Shown in pieces: positions 1-9,368 of a stretch of 64,000 bases of DNA (position 1 is the stretch's first letter; each line of letters opens with the position of its first letter). The DNA is from Mariniblastus sp. (lineage in GTDB: Bacteria; Planctomycetota; Planctomycetia; Pirellulales; Pirellulaceae): assembly GCA_014237975.1 (NCBI GenBank), contig JABACA010000005.1:2473-66472 (forward strand), given 5' to 3'. A program made the translations under genes and the position numbers. Below the pieces are notes generated by a model. The model ran no database searches and had not been told where the DNA came from. It saw only the letters and a list, made by a program, of their open reading frames with translations.

Positions 1-200
1 ATCGGCCAGCAAGACGCAAGCTTGAGAGCCGGTTCAGGCTGGCAGTCGTCAGATTGAGATCGAGCAGATTAATGGCCTCATTTTGTCTTGAATACCAAAG
101 CAAGCCTGTTCGTAGGGCATTTTTTTCGTACAACAGTTTTTGATCCGATCGCGCTCCACGGGAAACGGCGGTTGGCGGATCCTTAAGGAAGCCATTGACC

Positions 201-2372
201 ATGACCGCTCCCTCCATTCAGTTGTGCCTGGCGTTGCATAATCACCAGCCCATCGGGAATTTTGAGGATGTGTTCGAAGCTGCTTACCAGGACAGCTACT
301 TGCCTTTTCTCGAGCTGTTTGAGCCGTACAAGCATCTTGATATTTCGTTACACACCAGTGGCCCGTTAGCGGTATGGCTGCAGGGCAGACATCCGGAGTA
401 CCTGTCCCGCCTCGCTGCCCTGGTTTCCCAGGGGCGGATAGAAATCATCGGCGGAGCTTTCTATGAGCCGATTCTGACCATGATTCCCAGCCGGGATCGC
501 CGTGGACAAATTAAATGCTATTCCCAATGGCTGGAACAGCACCTGGGCGGAGCGGTTCGCGGGCTGTGGGTGCCGGAGCGGGTTTGGGAATCCGAACTAA
601 CGACCGATCTGGCGGTCAACAATATCCAATATGCGATACTCGACGATTATCATTTTCGACGTTCCGGCCTGAATCCGGATCAACTTACGGGTTATTACAT
701 AACGGAAAACGAAGGCCATACGTTGCGAGTGTTTCCCGGTAGTGAAAAACTGCGGTACCTGATTCCGTTTCAGAATCCACAACGGACGATCGACTTCTGT
801 CGAGAAATGGCCCACCAACAGCCCGGCTGTGTTCTTGTTTTTGGTGATGATGGCGAGAAGTTTGGAACCTGGCCGGACACCAAAAAGCATGTCTACCAAG
901 ACGGCTGGCTGCGAGAATTCTTTGATGCGTTAACCGAAAACCGTGGTTGGTTAAAGACAACGACCCTGGCCAGCGCAGTTGGTTCTACGCCGCCGCGGGG
1001 AAAGATCTACCTGTCGGACGCCAGTTATCGTGAAATGACCGAATGGGCAATGCCCGTCGAGAAGCAGCTGGAGTACGACCAGCTGGCGGATGAAATGGCA
1101 TCGGATGATCGCTGGGCACGAGTGCAGCCCTTTCTCAGCGGCGGTTTCTGGCGCAATTTCAAAATCAAATACCCCGAGTCCAATGAAATGTATGCCCGTA
1201 TGATGTATGTCAGTCGGTTAATGGAGCGGGCAGAAACCATGTCAATCGAACCGTCCTTGCTGGACCGCGCCCGAGATTTTCTTTATCAGGGCCAGTGTAA
1301 TTGCAGCTACTGGCACGGGGCGTTTGGCGGGATTTACCTTCCGCATTTAAGAAACGCGGTTTACCAAAACCTGCTGGCAGCGGAATGTCTTGTTGAGCGA
1401 TCTCAACACGGCGGCCAGCCGTGGGTGGAAGCAACCAAGGAAGACTTCGATTTTGATGGTCGCGATGAAATAAGGCTGGCCAACGATCGCCTTGTCGCCT
1501 GGTTTTCACCTTGTCGCGGTGGCAGCATGTACGAACTCGACTTGAGAGATTTAAGTCATAACTTGTTGGCGACCATTCAGCGTCGGCCCGAATCCTACCA
1601 CCAGAAAGTACGCGCGGGACAAAACCGCGGCAGTGACGAGACGAGCAGTATTCACGATCGAGTAGTGTTCAAGCAGCAGGGCCTGCAACAGTGCCTCGGC
1701 TATGACCAGCGACTACGTAAAAACCTGATCGACCATTACTGGGATGATGAAGTCGACTTGGGCTCGGTGGCAGACGGCGTTGCCTGGGAACGGGGTGATT
1801 TTGCCGACGGCCCGTACGAGGCAGCCACTCTCGTCAGCCCCGAGTCGATCCAGGTGCAACTCAAACGATCTGGCAATGCGTGGGGCATACCGCTGACGTT
1901 AACCAAGAGCGTTATCTTAAAAAGCGGCGAGCCGGAACTGGGAATCAGCTATTTGATCGAGGGGATTCCAGCAGGCAGGAGTTTTCATTTTGGCGTCGAA
2001 TTCAATTTTGCAGGAATGCCGGCTGACCAGGAAGACCGTTTTTTCTCTGATGCAGACGGCCGGGTGCTGGGGCATTTGGGCAGTCGGCAGGATTTGCACG
2101 ATTCCGCTGAGCTTGAACTAAACGACCAGTGGTTGGGCCTGCGGGTCGCTTTTTCGATGGACCGGCCGGGCGGGATCTGGGCGTATCCCGTCCAAACCGT
2201 GAGCCAATCAGAGAGTGGTTTTGAGCTGATTCACCAATCGTCCGTGGTTCAGCCACACTGGCAGGTCCATGGCGACGGAGATGGTTCTTGGGCGACGACG
2301 ATGACACTTTCATTTGATGCGCATTCCAGTGATAATCAGAAACACGTTGAGCAGATGCTCGCCTTGAGTTAA
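201..2372 (+). CDS. Glycoside hydrolase family 57 protein (alpha-amylase / 4-alpha-glucanotransferase-like)
   Basis: ORF 195..2372. The N-terminus LCLALHNHQPIGNF...HTSGPL...GGAFYEPIL...WVPERVWE matches the GH57 catalytic-domain pattern. ATG at 201 is preceded by AAGGAAG (185-191). The track start at 195 is a TTG. Confidence 0.85.
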   Translation: MTAPSIQLCLALHNHQPIGNFEDVFEAAYQDSYLPFLELFEPYKHLDISLHTSGPLAVWLQGRHPEYLSRLAALVSQGRIEIIGGAFYEPILTMIPSRDRRGQIKCYSQWLEQHLGGAVRGLWVPERVWESELTTDLAVNNIQYAILDDYHFRRSGLNPDQLTGYYITENEGHTLRVFPGSEKLRYLIPFQNPQRTIDFCREMAHQQPGCVLVFGDDGEKFGTWPDTKKHVYQDGWLREFFDALTENRGWLKTTTLASAVGSTPPRGKIYLSDASYREMTEWAMPVEKQLEYDQLADEMASDDRWARVQPFLSGGFWRNFKIKYPESNEMYARMMYVSRLMERAETMSIEPSLLDRARDFLYQGQCNCSYWHGAFGGIYLPHLRNAVYQNLLAAECLVERSQHGGQPWVEATKEDFDFDGRDEIRLANDRLVAWFSPCRGGSMYELDLRDLSHNLLATIQRRPESYHQKVRAGQNRGSDETSSIHDRVVFKQQGLQQCLGYDQRLRKNLIDHYWDDEVDLGSVADGVAWERGDFADGPYEAATLVSPESIQVQLKRSGNAWGIPLTLTKSVILKSGEPELGISYLIEGIPAGRSFHFGVEFNFAGMPADQEDRFFSDADGRVLGHLGSRQDLHDSAELELNDQWLGLRVAFSMDRPGGIWAYPVQTVSQSESGFELIHQSSVVQPHWQVHGDGDGSWATTMTLSFDAHSSDNQKHVEQMLALS

Positions 2373-2485
2373 TCGTGTCGCAGCCTTGAATATGCCTGGT
2401 CGATAAACAGTGCCGTCGCCCAGGCGGCATCACGCCAAGCGGGTTTCGGCCAACACCCGGCCAAGATGGTGCGCTAAATAGATTC

Positions 2486-4030
2486 ATGAACGAAGAACGG
2501 GTAGAGGAGCCTGGAGCAATACCCAGTAAACCTCCCGGTGTCCTGCAAGAACTGTTTTCGGTGGATGTTCGGTCTCTGGCCGTGCTGCGGATCGGAATCG
2601 CACTCCTGGTGATGGTCGACTTGGCCCGACGCATTGAATGGACCCGCTTGTTTCACTCCGACTACGGAGTCCTGACAGCATCTCAGGCAAGTGAATTTCT
2701 GGGTCCCGGTTACTGGTCGCTCTACTGGTTAAACGGCAGCCCGTGGTTTGCCTCCACGCTGTTTGTCGTAACAGGATTGGCGGCGGCTGGGTTGTTGGTT
2801 GGATATCAGACGCGCTGGATGACGGCCGCCTGCCTGGTTCTGGTTTGGAGCCTGCAGATCTGCAACCCAATGATCCTGACGGCCGGGCACATCTTGATGA
2901 GGATGATGTTGTTTTGGATGTTGTTTCTGCCTGTGGCGACCGTTTGGTCAGTCGATGCTTCCAGGAGAAAGCGGCAGGTTGGTCCGCGACAAATATTGTC
3001 AATGGGTTCCGCTGCCATCCTGTTGCAAATTGCCTACATGTATTTTTTTTCGGGCCTGGCTAAATGGAACCCGTATTGGACTGGTGGTTCCGCGCTGCAA
3101 TACGCCATGAACTTCGAAATGTACGTCAAGCCAGCCGGCCAATGGCTGGCCCAATATCCAGATTGGTTGCAGTTCTTGACATTGCTGACGCTGGCCGCCG
3201 AGATATTGGGCCCGGTGCTAATGTTCATTCCCCGTTGCAGTGGCTGGTTTCGCGGTTTTTTCATGGGCTTTTTCTGGCTGCTTCATTTGAGCATCTGGCT
3301 GACCATGTCGATCGGCCTTTTTTCAATGGTTGCCATGCTCGCATGGGTTGTTTTTATACCTACTGAAATTTGGAATGTTTTGCTGGGCGAGAGGGCCGGT
3401 ACGCGCAGCGCGCCGCAGGTCATGGCAGTTCGTCGCGGCAAGTGGTTTTCCGGTGGGATTGCCACCGTCTTCCTGGTTTACATCACACTACAGAATATCC
3501 TGTTCCTGTTTCCGCAGAAATCCAATTTGACCGAAGCATCAACCAGCCAAACACAGGAGGCAGCGGATGCGGTTGAAATTTTTGGGCGGATCACGATGAC
3601 CATTCAGCAGTTCCGAATGTTCGATACACCGCCTCTGTACGATCCCTGGTACGAATACGGTGCCACCTTGATGGACGGGCGGCAAGTAGAGCTTTTTACT
3701 GGGCTATTCACTCCGCTCGGTCAACGGCCCGAGTCGGTTTACGACGCGATGCAGAACCAGTATTGGCGGCGCTTTCATTGGGGTTTAACGACCCACCCGT
3801 CGAACCCGCCTGATAAAATACAAGTCTATGAGCAGATTCGCCAGCGGTTGTTGTTAGAAATCGTGGAACGCTGGAACGACCGCAATCCGAACAATCCCGT
3901 TGTCACGGCCTGGCTGAAGTGCTACCTGGAGCCAATCGAGCTGGACCGCGTCGATTCAGAAGAGCCACCTGCAGCCACGCAGCCAATCCTCTGGGCCAGC
4001 TACCCTCGACCCTCTGGCGATTCCCCTTAA
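2486..4030 (+). CDS. HTTM-domain (vitamin K-dependent gamma-carboxylase-like) polytopic membrane protein
   Basis: ORF 2486..4030. The N-terminal ~300 aa form multiple TM helices, opening with FSVDVRSLAVLRIGIALLVMVDL as is typical of HTTM domains. The C-terminal ~170 aa are soluble. Family call is by eye only. Confidence 0.55.
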   Translation: MNEERVEEPGAIPSKPPGVLQELFSVDVRSLAVLRIGIALLVMVDLARRIEWTRLFHSDYGVLTASQASEFLGPGYWSLYWLNGSPWFASTLFVVTGLAAAGLLVGYQTRWMTAACLVLVWSLQICNPMILTAGHILMRMMLFWMLFLPVATVWSVDASRRKRQVGPRQILSMGSAAILLQIAYMYFFSGLAKWNPYWTGGSALQYAMNFEMYVKPAGQWLAQYPDWLQFLTLLTLAAEILGPVLMFIPRCSGWFRGFFMGFFWLLHLSIWLTMSIGLFSMVAMLAWVVFIPTEIWNVLLGERAGTRSAPQVMAVRRGKWFSGGIATVFLVYITLQNILFLFPQKSNLTEASTSQTQEAADAVEIFGRITMTIQQFRMFDTPPLYDPWYEYGATLMDGRQVELFTGLFTPLGQRPESVYDAMQNQYWRRFHWGLTTHPSNPPDKIQVYEQIRQRLLLEIVERWNDRNPNNPVVTAWLKCYLEPIELDRVDSEEPPAATQPILWASYPRPSGDSP

Positions 4031-4130
4031 CGTTTCCCGGGCACAGCGGTCAGGATCAACCGGCCGGGACGGCCTTCCTGTTTCAAAGCCTGGTGACGTG
4101 CGGCTCGATGTGGGGCCGCCCCTGCCAAGG

Positions 4131-5222
4131 CTATCGCAGAATTCGAACTTTGGAGGATTCGGACAGAATGGCGAACACTTCTTTGGCCTGTTGTTCACCC
4201 AGGGCCATGGATGACGCCGAACCTGGGGCAGCCGCATGCAAACCCATCCCATTGTCTAGCCCAATGTGATAGGGGCCGTATGAGACTGGAGTAATGGACT
4301 TGGACACAACCAGGAATTCACCCGGAACCAGATCGGTTTGCGAGTTGATCTGCACCTTGAACCGACCGGCATACAGCTCTTTCCAAAACAGCGTCATAGT
4401 GCCGGTGGTGGTGTCAATTTCAGCGTCGAAGGCCCCGTTGATCATTTTCAACTCGTTGCCAGGCTGTAAGGTATTGCGGTCCGGGATTTTGGCGCGGTTC
4501 ACAAAATAAATAAGATCAGCCGGTACTTGCCATCGCTTTGAAAGCGCCTCCAACGAATCGTTGGGCTGAATGATGTAAGGAAGCGATCTCAAGTGATGCC
4601 CAGTTGAGTAGATAACCTTGGCAGCCAGCGAGTCCAGCCATTCCAGCAGCTTTTGTCGATCCGGCTCGTCCATCGAGCTGGCGTTGCGATAAAAACCGCT
4701 CAATTGTCGTAGCGCCAGTCGATAATCTCCGTCATCAACCAGTTGCTCCACTTGCGTCCATGCCGCCATCAATTTTTTCGGGTCGTAACTACTGGTTCCT
4801 GCCACCGTGGCGATTTCTGATTCCCCTACCGGGCTGGCTGGAGACGCTGGCTTTGGCTTGATGTAGACCAGGTCGTCGATCTCGGGTGAGTCATCAGGCG
4901 TTTCCAGCAACTCCTGCAATTCGGCAATCTCTTGTTTTTTCGGCAACAGCCTGGGTGCAACCTGCACTTCCGGCAAAGGCACAGGTGCCAGATCGTCTTG
5001 TAGATGGCGCTTGGGAGAGTCGTGTGTGTCGTCTGCCAATAAATCGCCATCGAGAACTTTTTTGGGAATCGTCTCGAGATCGGCAGACATGGATGACTCG
5101 ACAGCCGTTTCCGTCTGGGCAGCCGGTGGCAGACCGGGGGCGGGCCTGGTGACGACCTGATAAACCCCGTAGGTAACTACCAGTAATATAATGGCAACCA
5201 TTGTGTTTTTTAATGAATCCAC
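4131..5222 (-). CDS. Membrane-anchored LysM peptidoglycan-binding protein with YkuD-like C-terminal domain
   Basis: ORF 4131..5222. It has an N-terminal anchor (VAIILLVVTYGVYQVV) and a Pro/Glu-rich spacer. The LysM motif is YIIQPNDSLEALSKRWQVPADLIYFVNR...LQPGNELKM. The C-terminal ~100 aa resemble an L,D-transpeptidase (YkuD) fold. Confidence 0.65.
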   Translation of the reverse strand: MDSLKNTMVAIILLVVTYGVYQVVTRPAPGLPPAAQTETAVESSMSADLETIPKKVLDGDLLADDTHDSPKRHLQDDLAPVPLPEVQVAPRLLPKKQEIAELQELLETPDDSPEIDDLVYIKPKPASPASPVGESEIATVAGTSSYDPKKLMAAWTQVEQLVDDGDYRLALRQLSGFYRNASSMDEPDRQKLLEWLDSLAAKVIYSTGHHLRSLPYIIQPNDSLEALSKRWQVPADLIYFVNRAKIPDRNTLQPGNELKMINGAFDAEIDTTTGTMTLFWKELYAGRFKVQINSQTDLVPGEFLVVSKSITPVSYGPYHIGLDNGMGLHAAAPGSASSMALGEQQAKEVFAILSESSKVRILR

Positions 5223-5320
5223 TTCAGTCCTCCTTGACTGACGGCCGCATAAAAGCGGAAACTCGGGTGACCTGGCACCCGTCCAGTTTTACGGCTTTTT
5301 TTATTCCCTGGCGCATTTCC

Positions 5321-5563
5321 ATGTCTGACGAACAGTTCGACGACGACGATTGTTCAATCCCTTGTCCCGCGTGTGGCGAAGAGATCTATGACGATGTACC
5401 CATGTGCCCCAAATGCGGTGAATATATCCTTGATTCGGAGCGTCGTTTTTGGAGTAATAAACCCAGCTGGCTTGTCCAACTGGCCGTCATTCTGGCAATC
5501 CTCGCAGCAATCGGTTTCGTTTTGCCCTGGTTGTCAACGTTGCTTCAGCTCATCGGAGGATAA
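5321..5563 (+). CDS. Small zinc-ribbon membrane protein
   Basis: Internal ATG at 5321 of ORF 5201..5563. CPACGEEIYDDVPMCPKCG gives a CxxC...CxxC ribbon, followed by one TM helix (LVQLAVILAILAAIGFVLPWL). The upstream part of the ORF overlaps the start of the LysM gene. Confidence 0.5.
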   Translation: MSDEQFDDDDCSIPCPACGEEIYDDVPMCPKCGEYILDSERRFWSNKPSWLVQLAVILAILAAIGFVLPWLSTLLQLIGG

Positions 5564-5702
5564 GCTGCTGTGGCATGGCGTCATCAACCGGACACTAAAA
5601 CAGCGCGGCGGATATTATGAAATCTGCTGACAGGGATCTAGGCCAATTGTTGGACCCGGCTGTGCGGTTGCGGCCGACAGGATGCTAGCAATAGGAGGAT
5701 GC

Positions 5703-7043
5703 TCATGGAGGCGGGCTGTTTTTCCCAGCCAACTTGCCTTGCCGCAAGGTTTGCCGGATCTCTTGCAGTCGTTGGGCCATTGGTCGCTCGTGGCCTCGGT
5801 CAAGGGGATGGTAATACTCGCGATCCACACCCAGGTAATCTTGGGCCGCCACTCCTTGTTCGGCGCCATGGGAGTACACGTACCCCTCACCATGCCCCAG
5901 CTGCTTTGCACCCGCATAATGCCCATCTTTCAAGTGCTTGGGAACGGGCAAAATGCGGCCCTCCTGGATGTCGCGACGGGCCGCATTGATCGCGAGGGTG
6001 GCCGCATTGGATTTGTCGGCACAAGCCAGATACGTCACGGTTTGAGCTAGCGTCAGCTGACACTCGGGCAGTCCAATCTGTTCGCAGGCCTGCGAACAGG
6101 CCACGGCCAACGGCAGCGCGGCCGGATCGGCGTTTCCAATATCTTCACTGGCCAGGATGATCAAGCGTCGACACAAAAAACGCACATCTTCCCCGCCCTC
6201 TAGCATCCTGGCCAACCAGTAAATTCCGGCATCCGGATCACTGCCGCGAATGCTCTTGATCAGGGCCGAGGTGCAGTCATAGTGCTCCTCCCCGGTAACA
6301 TCATATTGCATGGCGCGGTGAGCGATGGCTTCACGGATGACGTCGAGGGTCAAGCGCTTGGGTTGTGTCAACGAGACGCATGCCGATTCGAGAACGCTGA
6401 GCGCCTGGCGAGCGTCGCCGTCACATACCTCGGCCAAATGCTGCAGCCCATCTTCGTCAAGCTGGATGTTTTGGTCTCCCAACCCGCGCTCTCGATCATC
6501 GAGGGCCGTTTGGATCAGTTCGGCAATTTCCTTGCTCGACAGCGGCTCAAACTGAAAAATGGTGCTACGACTAACCAGGCTGCCGTTGACGGCAAAAAAA
6601 GGGTTGGAGGTGGTGGCACCAATCAAGGTGACAACCCCCTCTTCAACGTCCGCCAGTAAAGCGTCCTGTTGTGCCCGATTGAACCGATGTATTTCATCGA
6701 TAAACAGCACGGTGCCATGATCACCCGTTGCCAATCGATCGCGGGCTTTTTGCAGCACTTCGCGCAGGTCCTTAACACCATGCAAAATCGCGCTAAGCTG
6801 CTCGAAGTGACATTTTGTTTCATTGGCCAGAACCCGGGCCAGCGACGTTTTTCCGGTTCCCGGTGGGCCGAAAAAAATGACGGAGCCCAGGCGGTCATTG
6901 TCGATCAATCGCCTCAACAGTTTGTCCGGTCCGAGAATATGACCCTGACCAACGAACTCCTGCAGCGTACGAGGTCTCAAGCGGGCCGCCAGCGGTTTGG
7001 CACGGGACAGGTTTTCACGTTCGGTTTGTTCAAATAATGACAT
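5703..7043 (-). CDS. rarA: Replication-associated recombination protein A (AAA+ ATPase RarA/MgsA)
   Basis: ORF 5703..7043. LAARLRPRTLQEFVGQGHILG, Walker A GPPGTGKTSLA, Walker B LFIDEIHRFN and the MgsA C-terminal domain (YDCTSALIKSIRGSDPDAGIYWLARML) are all present. Confidence 0.9.
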   Translation of the reverse strand: MSLFEQTERENLSRAKPLAARLRPRTLQEFVGQGHILGPDKLLRRLIDNDRLGSVIFFGPPGTGKTSLARVLANETKCHFEQLSAILHGVKDLREVLQKARDRLATGDHGTVLFIDEIHRFNRAQQDALLADVEEGVVTLIGATTSNPFFAVNGSLVSRSTIFQFEPLSSKEIAELIQTALDDRERGLGDQNIQLDEDGLQHLAEVCDGDARQALSVLESACVSLTQPKRLTLDVIREAIAHRAMQYDVTGEEHYDCTSALIKSIRGSDPDAGIYWLARMLEGGEDVRFLCRRLIILASEDIGNADPAALPLAVACSQACEQIGLPECQLTLAQTVTYLACADKSNAATLAINAARRDIQEGRILPVPKHLKDGHYAGAKQLGHGEGYVYSHGAEQGVAAQDYLGVDREYYHPLDRGHERPMAQRLQEIRQTLRQGKLAGKNSPPP

Positions 7044-7153
7044 TCAAGACCTGCTGGTGTGACATGTGGATCGACACCGATTATACCCGATTCCCATGAC
7101 GGGCCGTTGACAGTACGGATCTCCGGAATCGGGCCCCATGCCCCCGGTGAGGG

Positions 7154-7753
7154 TTATTCGGCGATCATGAACGTAATCAACATCATGACCCAGACCACAT
7201 CCAGAAAGTGCCAGTACCCTGCACAGTGATCGACGGCCCAATGACGCTCGTGATCATATCGATTTCGAAAGGCCTGGGCGATAATATAACCTAGAAACCC
7301 GATTCCGCCGGCCACGTGCAGCACGTGAATCAGGGACAAGGTAAATGACATTCCGTAGATTTTCGTGGACCCGTCGGATTGCGTGAAGTGATGAGCCAGC
7401 AGCTCCTGCAGCCCGATCGCCTGGACAAAGATAAAGACAATTGCGGTGGCCCAACCCCACAACAGCCAGCGGCGGAACTCGGCCTGTCGCTCCCGGTGGA
7501 CCATCCAGCTGGCGCGTTGCAGGAATACGCTGACTAACAACAATAAAACAGTACTGGCCCAAAACGACCAGGGGATAGTCAGGGTTTCGTAGGATCGCTG
7601 GATCGGTTGAAACGACTGGACGCGAACCAGGTAGTACGTCAACAGGCTGGCGATGAAAAACACGCTCAGCGACGCGATGAATAGGTAGAAAACCAACTTG
7701 GCCTGATACAAATCACGGCGGGCTGGGACCAGGCTAATCGATTGTTTAAGCAT
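7154..7753 (-). CDS. Heme-copper oxidase subunit III family protein (second, short Cox3-like subunit)
   Basis: ORF 7154..7753. It has five predicted TM helices and the Cox3 C-terminal signature YWHFLDVVWVMMLITFM. It is the last gene of the cox block. Confidence 0.7.
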   Translation of the reverse strand: MLKQSISLVPARRDLYQAKLVFYLFIASLSVFFIASLLTYYLVRVQSFQPIQRSYETLTIPWSFWASTVLLLLVSVFLQRASWMVHRERQAEFRRWLLWGWATAIVFIFVQAIGLQELLAHHFTQSDGSTKIYGMSFTLSLIHVLHVAGGIGFLGYIIAQAFRNRYDHERHWAVDHCAGYWHFLDVVWVMMLITFMIAE

Positions 7754-7788
7754 GGTTAGTCGTACGCGCTATGCGAATCGTTACACAT

Positions 7789-8148
7789 CTAGGGAGACAT
7801 GTTAGGTGTATCCGGCTGCCGTGGATATTCGTCGACAGATTTCTTGTAATGGCTCTGGTCCATTAATGTCAAGCCAATGAACAGTATCACGAACAACGAC
7901 GAGGAAAGAAACACGAGCACATTGAACGGCTTATCCCAGTACATATGCATGAAAAACAACAGGACCAAGGCAGCTTTGAATGAGGCAATTGACATGGCGA
8001 TCCAAAAACCGAACGGGCCCATCAGCCCCATGTCCACCGTCGACATGAATAGCGTCAGGATGGTTAACAGGACCAGGACAACGAAAACGCCAATTAACAG
8101 CTTGGGTGCAGCGGGGTGTGCAAAACCGCTATCGTGATTATGTGACAT
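7789..8148 (-). CDS. Cytochrome c oxidase subunit IV (bacterial CoxIV family)
   Basis: ORF 7789..8148. It is a small 3-TM protein (LIGVFVVLVLLTILTLF, WIAMSIASFKAALVLLFFMH) lying between the two Cox3-type genes, which is the typical position. Confidence 0.65.
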   Translation of the reverse strand: MSHNHDSGFAHPAAPKLLIGVFVVLVLLTILTLFMSTVDMGLMGPFGFWIAMSIASFKAALVLLFFMHMYWDKPFNVLVFLSSSLFVILFIGLTLMDQSHYKKSVDEYPRQPDTPNMSP

Positions 8149-8199
8149 GATAAGTTTTCTTTACTTATGGTTGGATGTTCGTTTTACAACGGACGCTTT

Positions 8200-9282
8200 C
8201 TAGTCAATTAAATACAACAGTGGGAACAGGTAGATCCAGATCAAGTCGACCAGGTGCCAGTACAAGCCGACATAGTCGCAAGGTCCAAAATAGTCGCTCC
8301 TCCAATGCCCCAGTATTGATCGCCAGAGGATCCACGCAAGAAAAGCGATTCCGGCAATAATATGAATGGCATGCAGGCCCGTCATGCAGTAATAAATACT
8401 AAAGAAAATGCCGACATCCTGGTCAAACTCGTCGCTTTGCGGGCCTTGGTACGGCGCAATTTCGCTTTCTGCCCTCTGCTGCTCGACCGCACTTTCGTCG
8501 TGGTGGTCGACTGGCTTGTTCGTGTGTTCGTCGTCGGAGTGCGTTTCGTTTTCGTAGGCCATCAGGGCCGCCGCTTTTTCGGAGCGACCCCCGAGACCTC
8601 CGTCTGTAATTTCCATGTAGAAGTGCCCGGCCAGGGCCCCAATGAAATAGCCACCGATGGCAATCGCCATGCAGGCTGAGAAGAACGACGCATTGGGTTT
8701 TTCAATCATTCTCGCGATCGCCGCATAAACGGCAAAACCGACGACCAATAACAGCGGAATAATACTTAACCAGATCAGGTATTCGGAAACTCCCAAGGCG
8801 TGTGCCAACGTACCGGCAGGTGCTTCGTGGTGGCCGGGATGGTAGTCAAATGCACTGCGAACAAAGATTCCTTGATCCCATTTATGGGTGTACTCAATCG
8901 CTTTGACGCCCAGGAAAGCGGCCGCACATACCATCGTTCCCAAAACGTACCAGACGACATGGCCATTTTTTCCCAACTGGGAGTAGCGCACGGCCACCGC
9001 CATTGTGAGGCTGCTGAACAACAGGACCAGGGTGTTGGCGAACCCCAGGTACTTATCCAGAAAAACGTGTGCCTGGTCGAAGATCTCGGGATGGAGGACC
9101 CGGTACAATGTATAGGCGACAAACAAACCACTGAAAAACAGAACCTCCGTTACCAGGAATAACCAGATCCCCAGTTTCCCGGAGTCAAATTGTTGCTCCG
9201 CAGAGTCAAAGTGGTGTGCGATAAACTCACCATGATCATGATGGTCATCGTGTGCTTCGTTTTCGGTTTCTACTACGGCCAT
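8200..9282 (-). CDS. ctaE: Cytochrome c oxidase subunit III with internal 2-TM/acidic insertion
   Basis: ORF 8200..9342, trimmed to the ATG at 9282 (MAVVETENE...). It carries HHFDSAEQQ...GIWLFLVTEVLFFSGLF and the C-terminal YWHLVDLIWIYLF signature. Confidence 0.85.
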   Translation of the reverse strand: MAVVETENEAHDDHHDHGEFIAHHFDSAEQQFDSGKLGIWLFLVTEVLFFSGLFVAYTLYRVLHPEIFDQAHVFLDKYLGFANTLVLLFSSLTMAVAVRYSQLGKNGHVVWYVLGTMVCAAAFLGVKAIEYTHKWDQGIFVRSAFDYHPGHHEAPAGTLAHALGVSEYLIWLSIIPLLLVVGFAVYAAIARMIEKPNASFFSACMAIAIGGYFIGALAGHFYMEITDGGLGGRSEKAAALMAYENETHSDDEHTNKPVDHHDESAVEQQRAESEIAPYQGPQSDEFDQDVGIFFSIYYCMTGLHAIHIIAGIAFLAWILWRSILGHWRSDYFGPCDYVGLYWHLVDLIWIYLFPLLYLID

Positions 9283-9368
9283 GTGTGGCTCCGAGGCAAA
9301 TCGGCAATGTTGTTTTTGTTGTCTTAATCGAATGAACCACAATGTTCATTCAAAATGCTTCGTCGTTC

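Noticed and set aside
1-202. Open minus-strand frame running off the left edge (…LLYEKNALRTGLLWYSRQNEAINLLDLNLTTASLNRLSSLRLAGR), plus a short plus-strand frame ending at 55-57
   Set aside because: The fragment is too short and truncated by the window. The only ATG (200-202) overlaps the GH57 start codon, which is implausible for divergent genes. It cannot be supported as a feature.
7080-7133. 9-bp inverted repeat CCCGATTCC/GGAATCGGG (30-nt loop) after the cox block, followed on the minus strand by a perfect TATAAT (7085-7080) 36 nt upstream of rarA
   Set aside because: The loop is too long for a canonical intrinsic terminator. There is no matching -35 element at 17-bp spacing, and promoter consensus in this lineage is uncertain. 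It is not reported as a feature.
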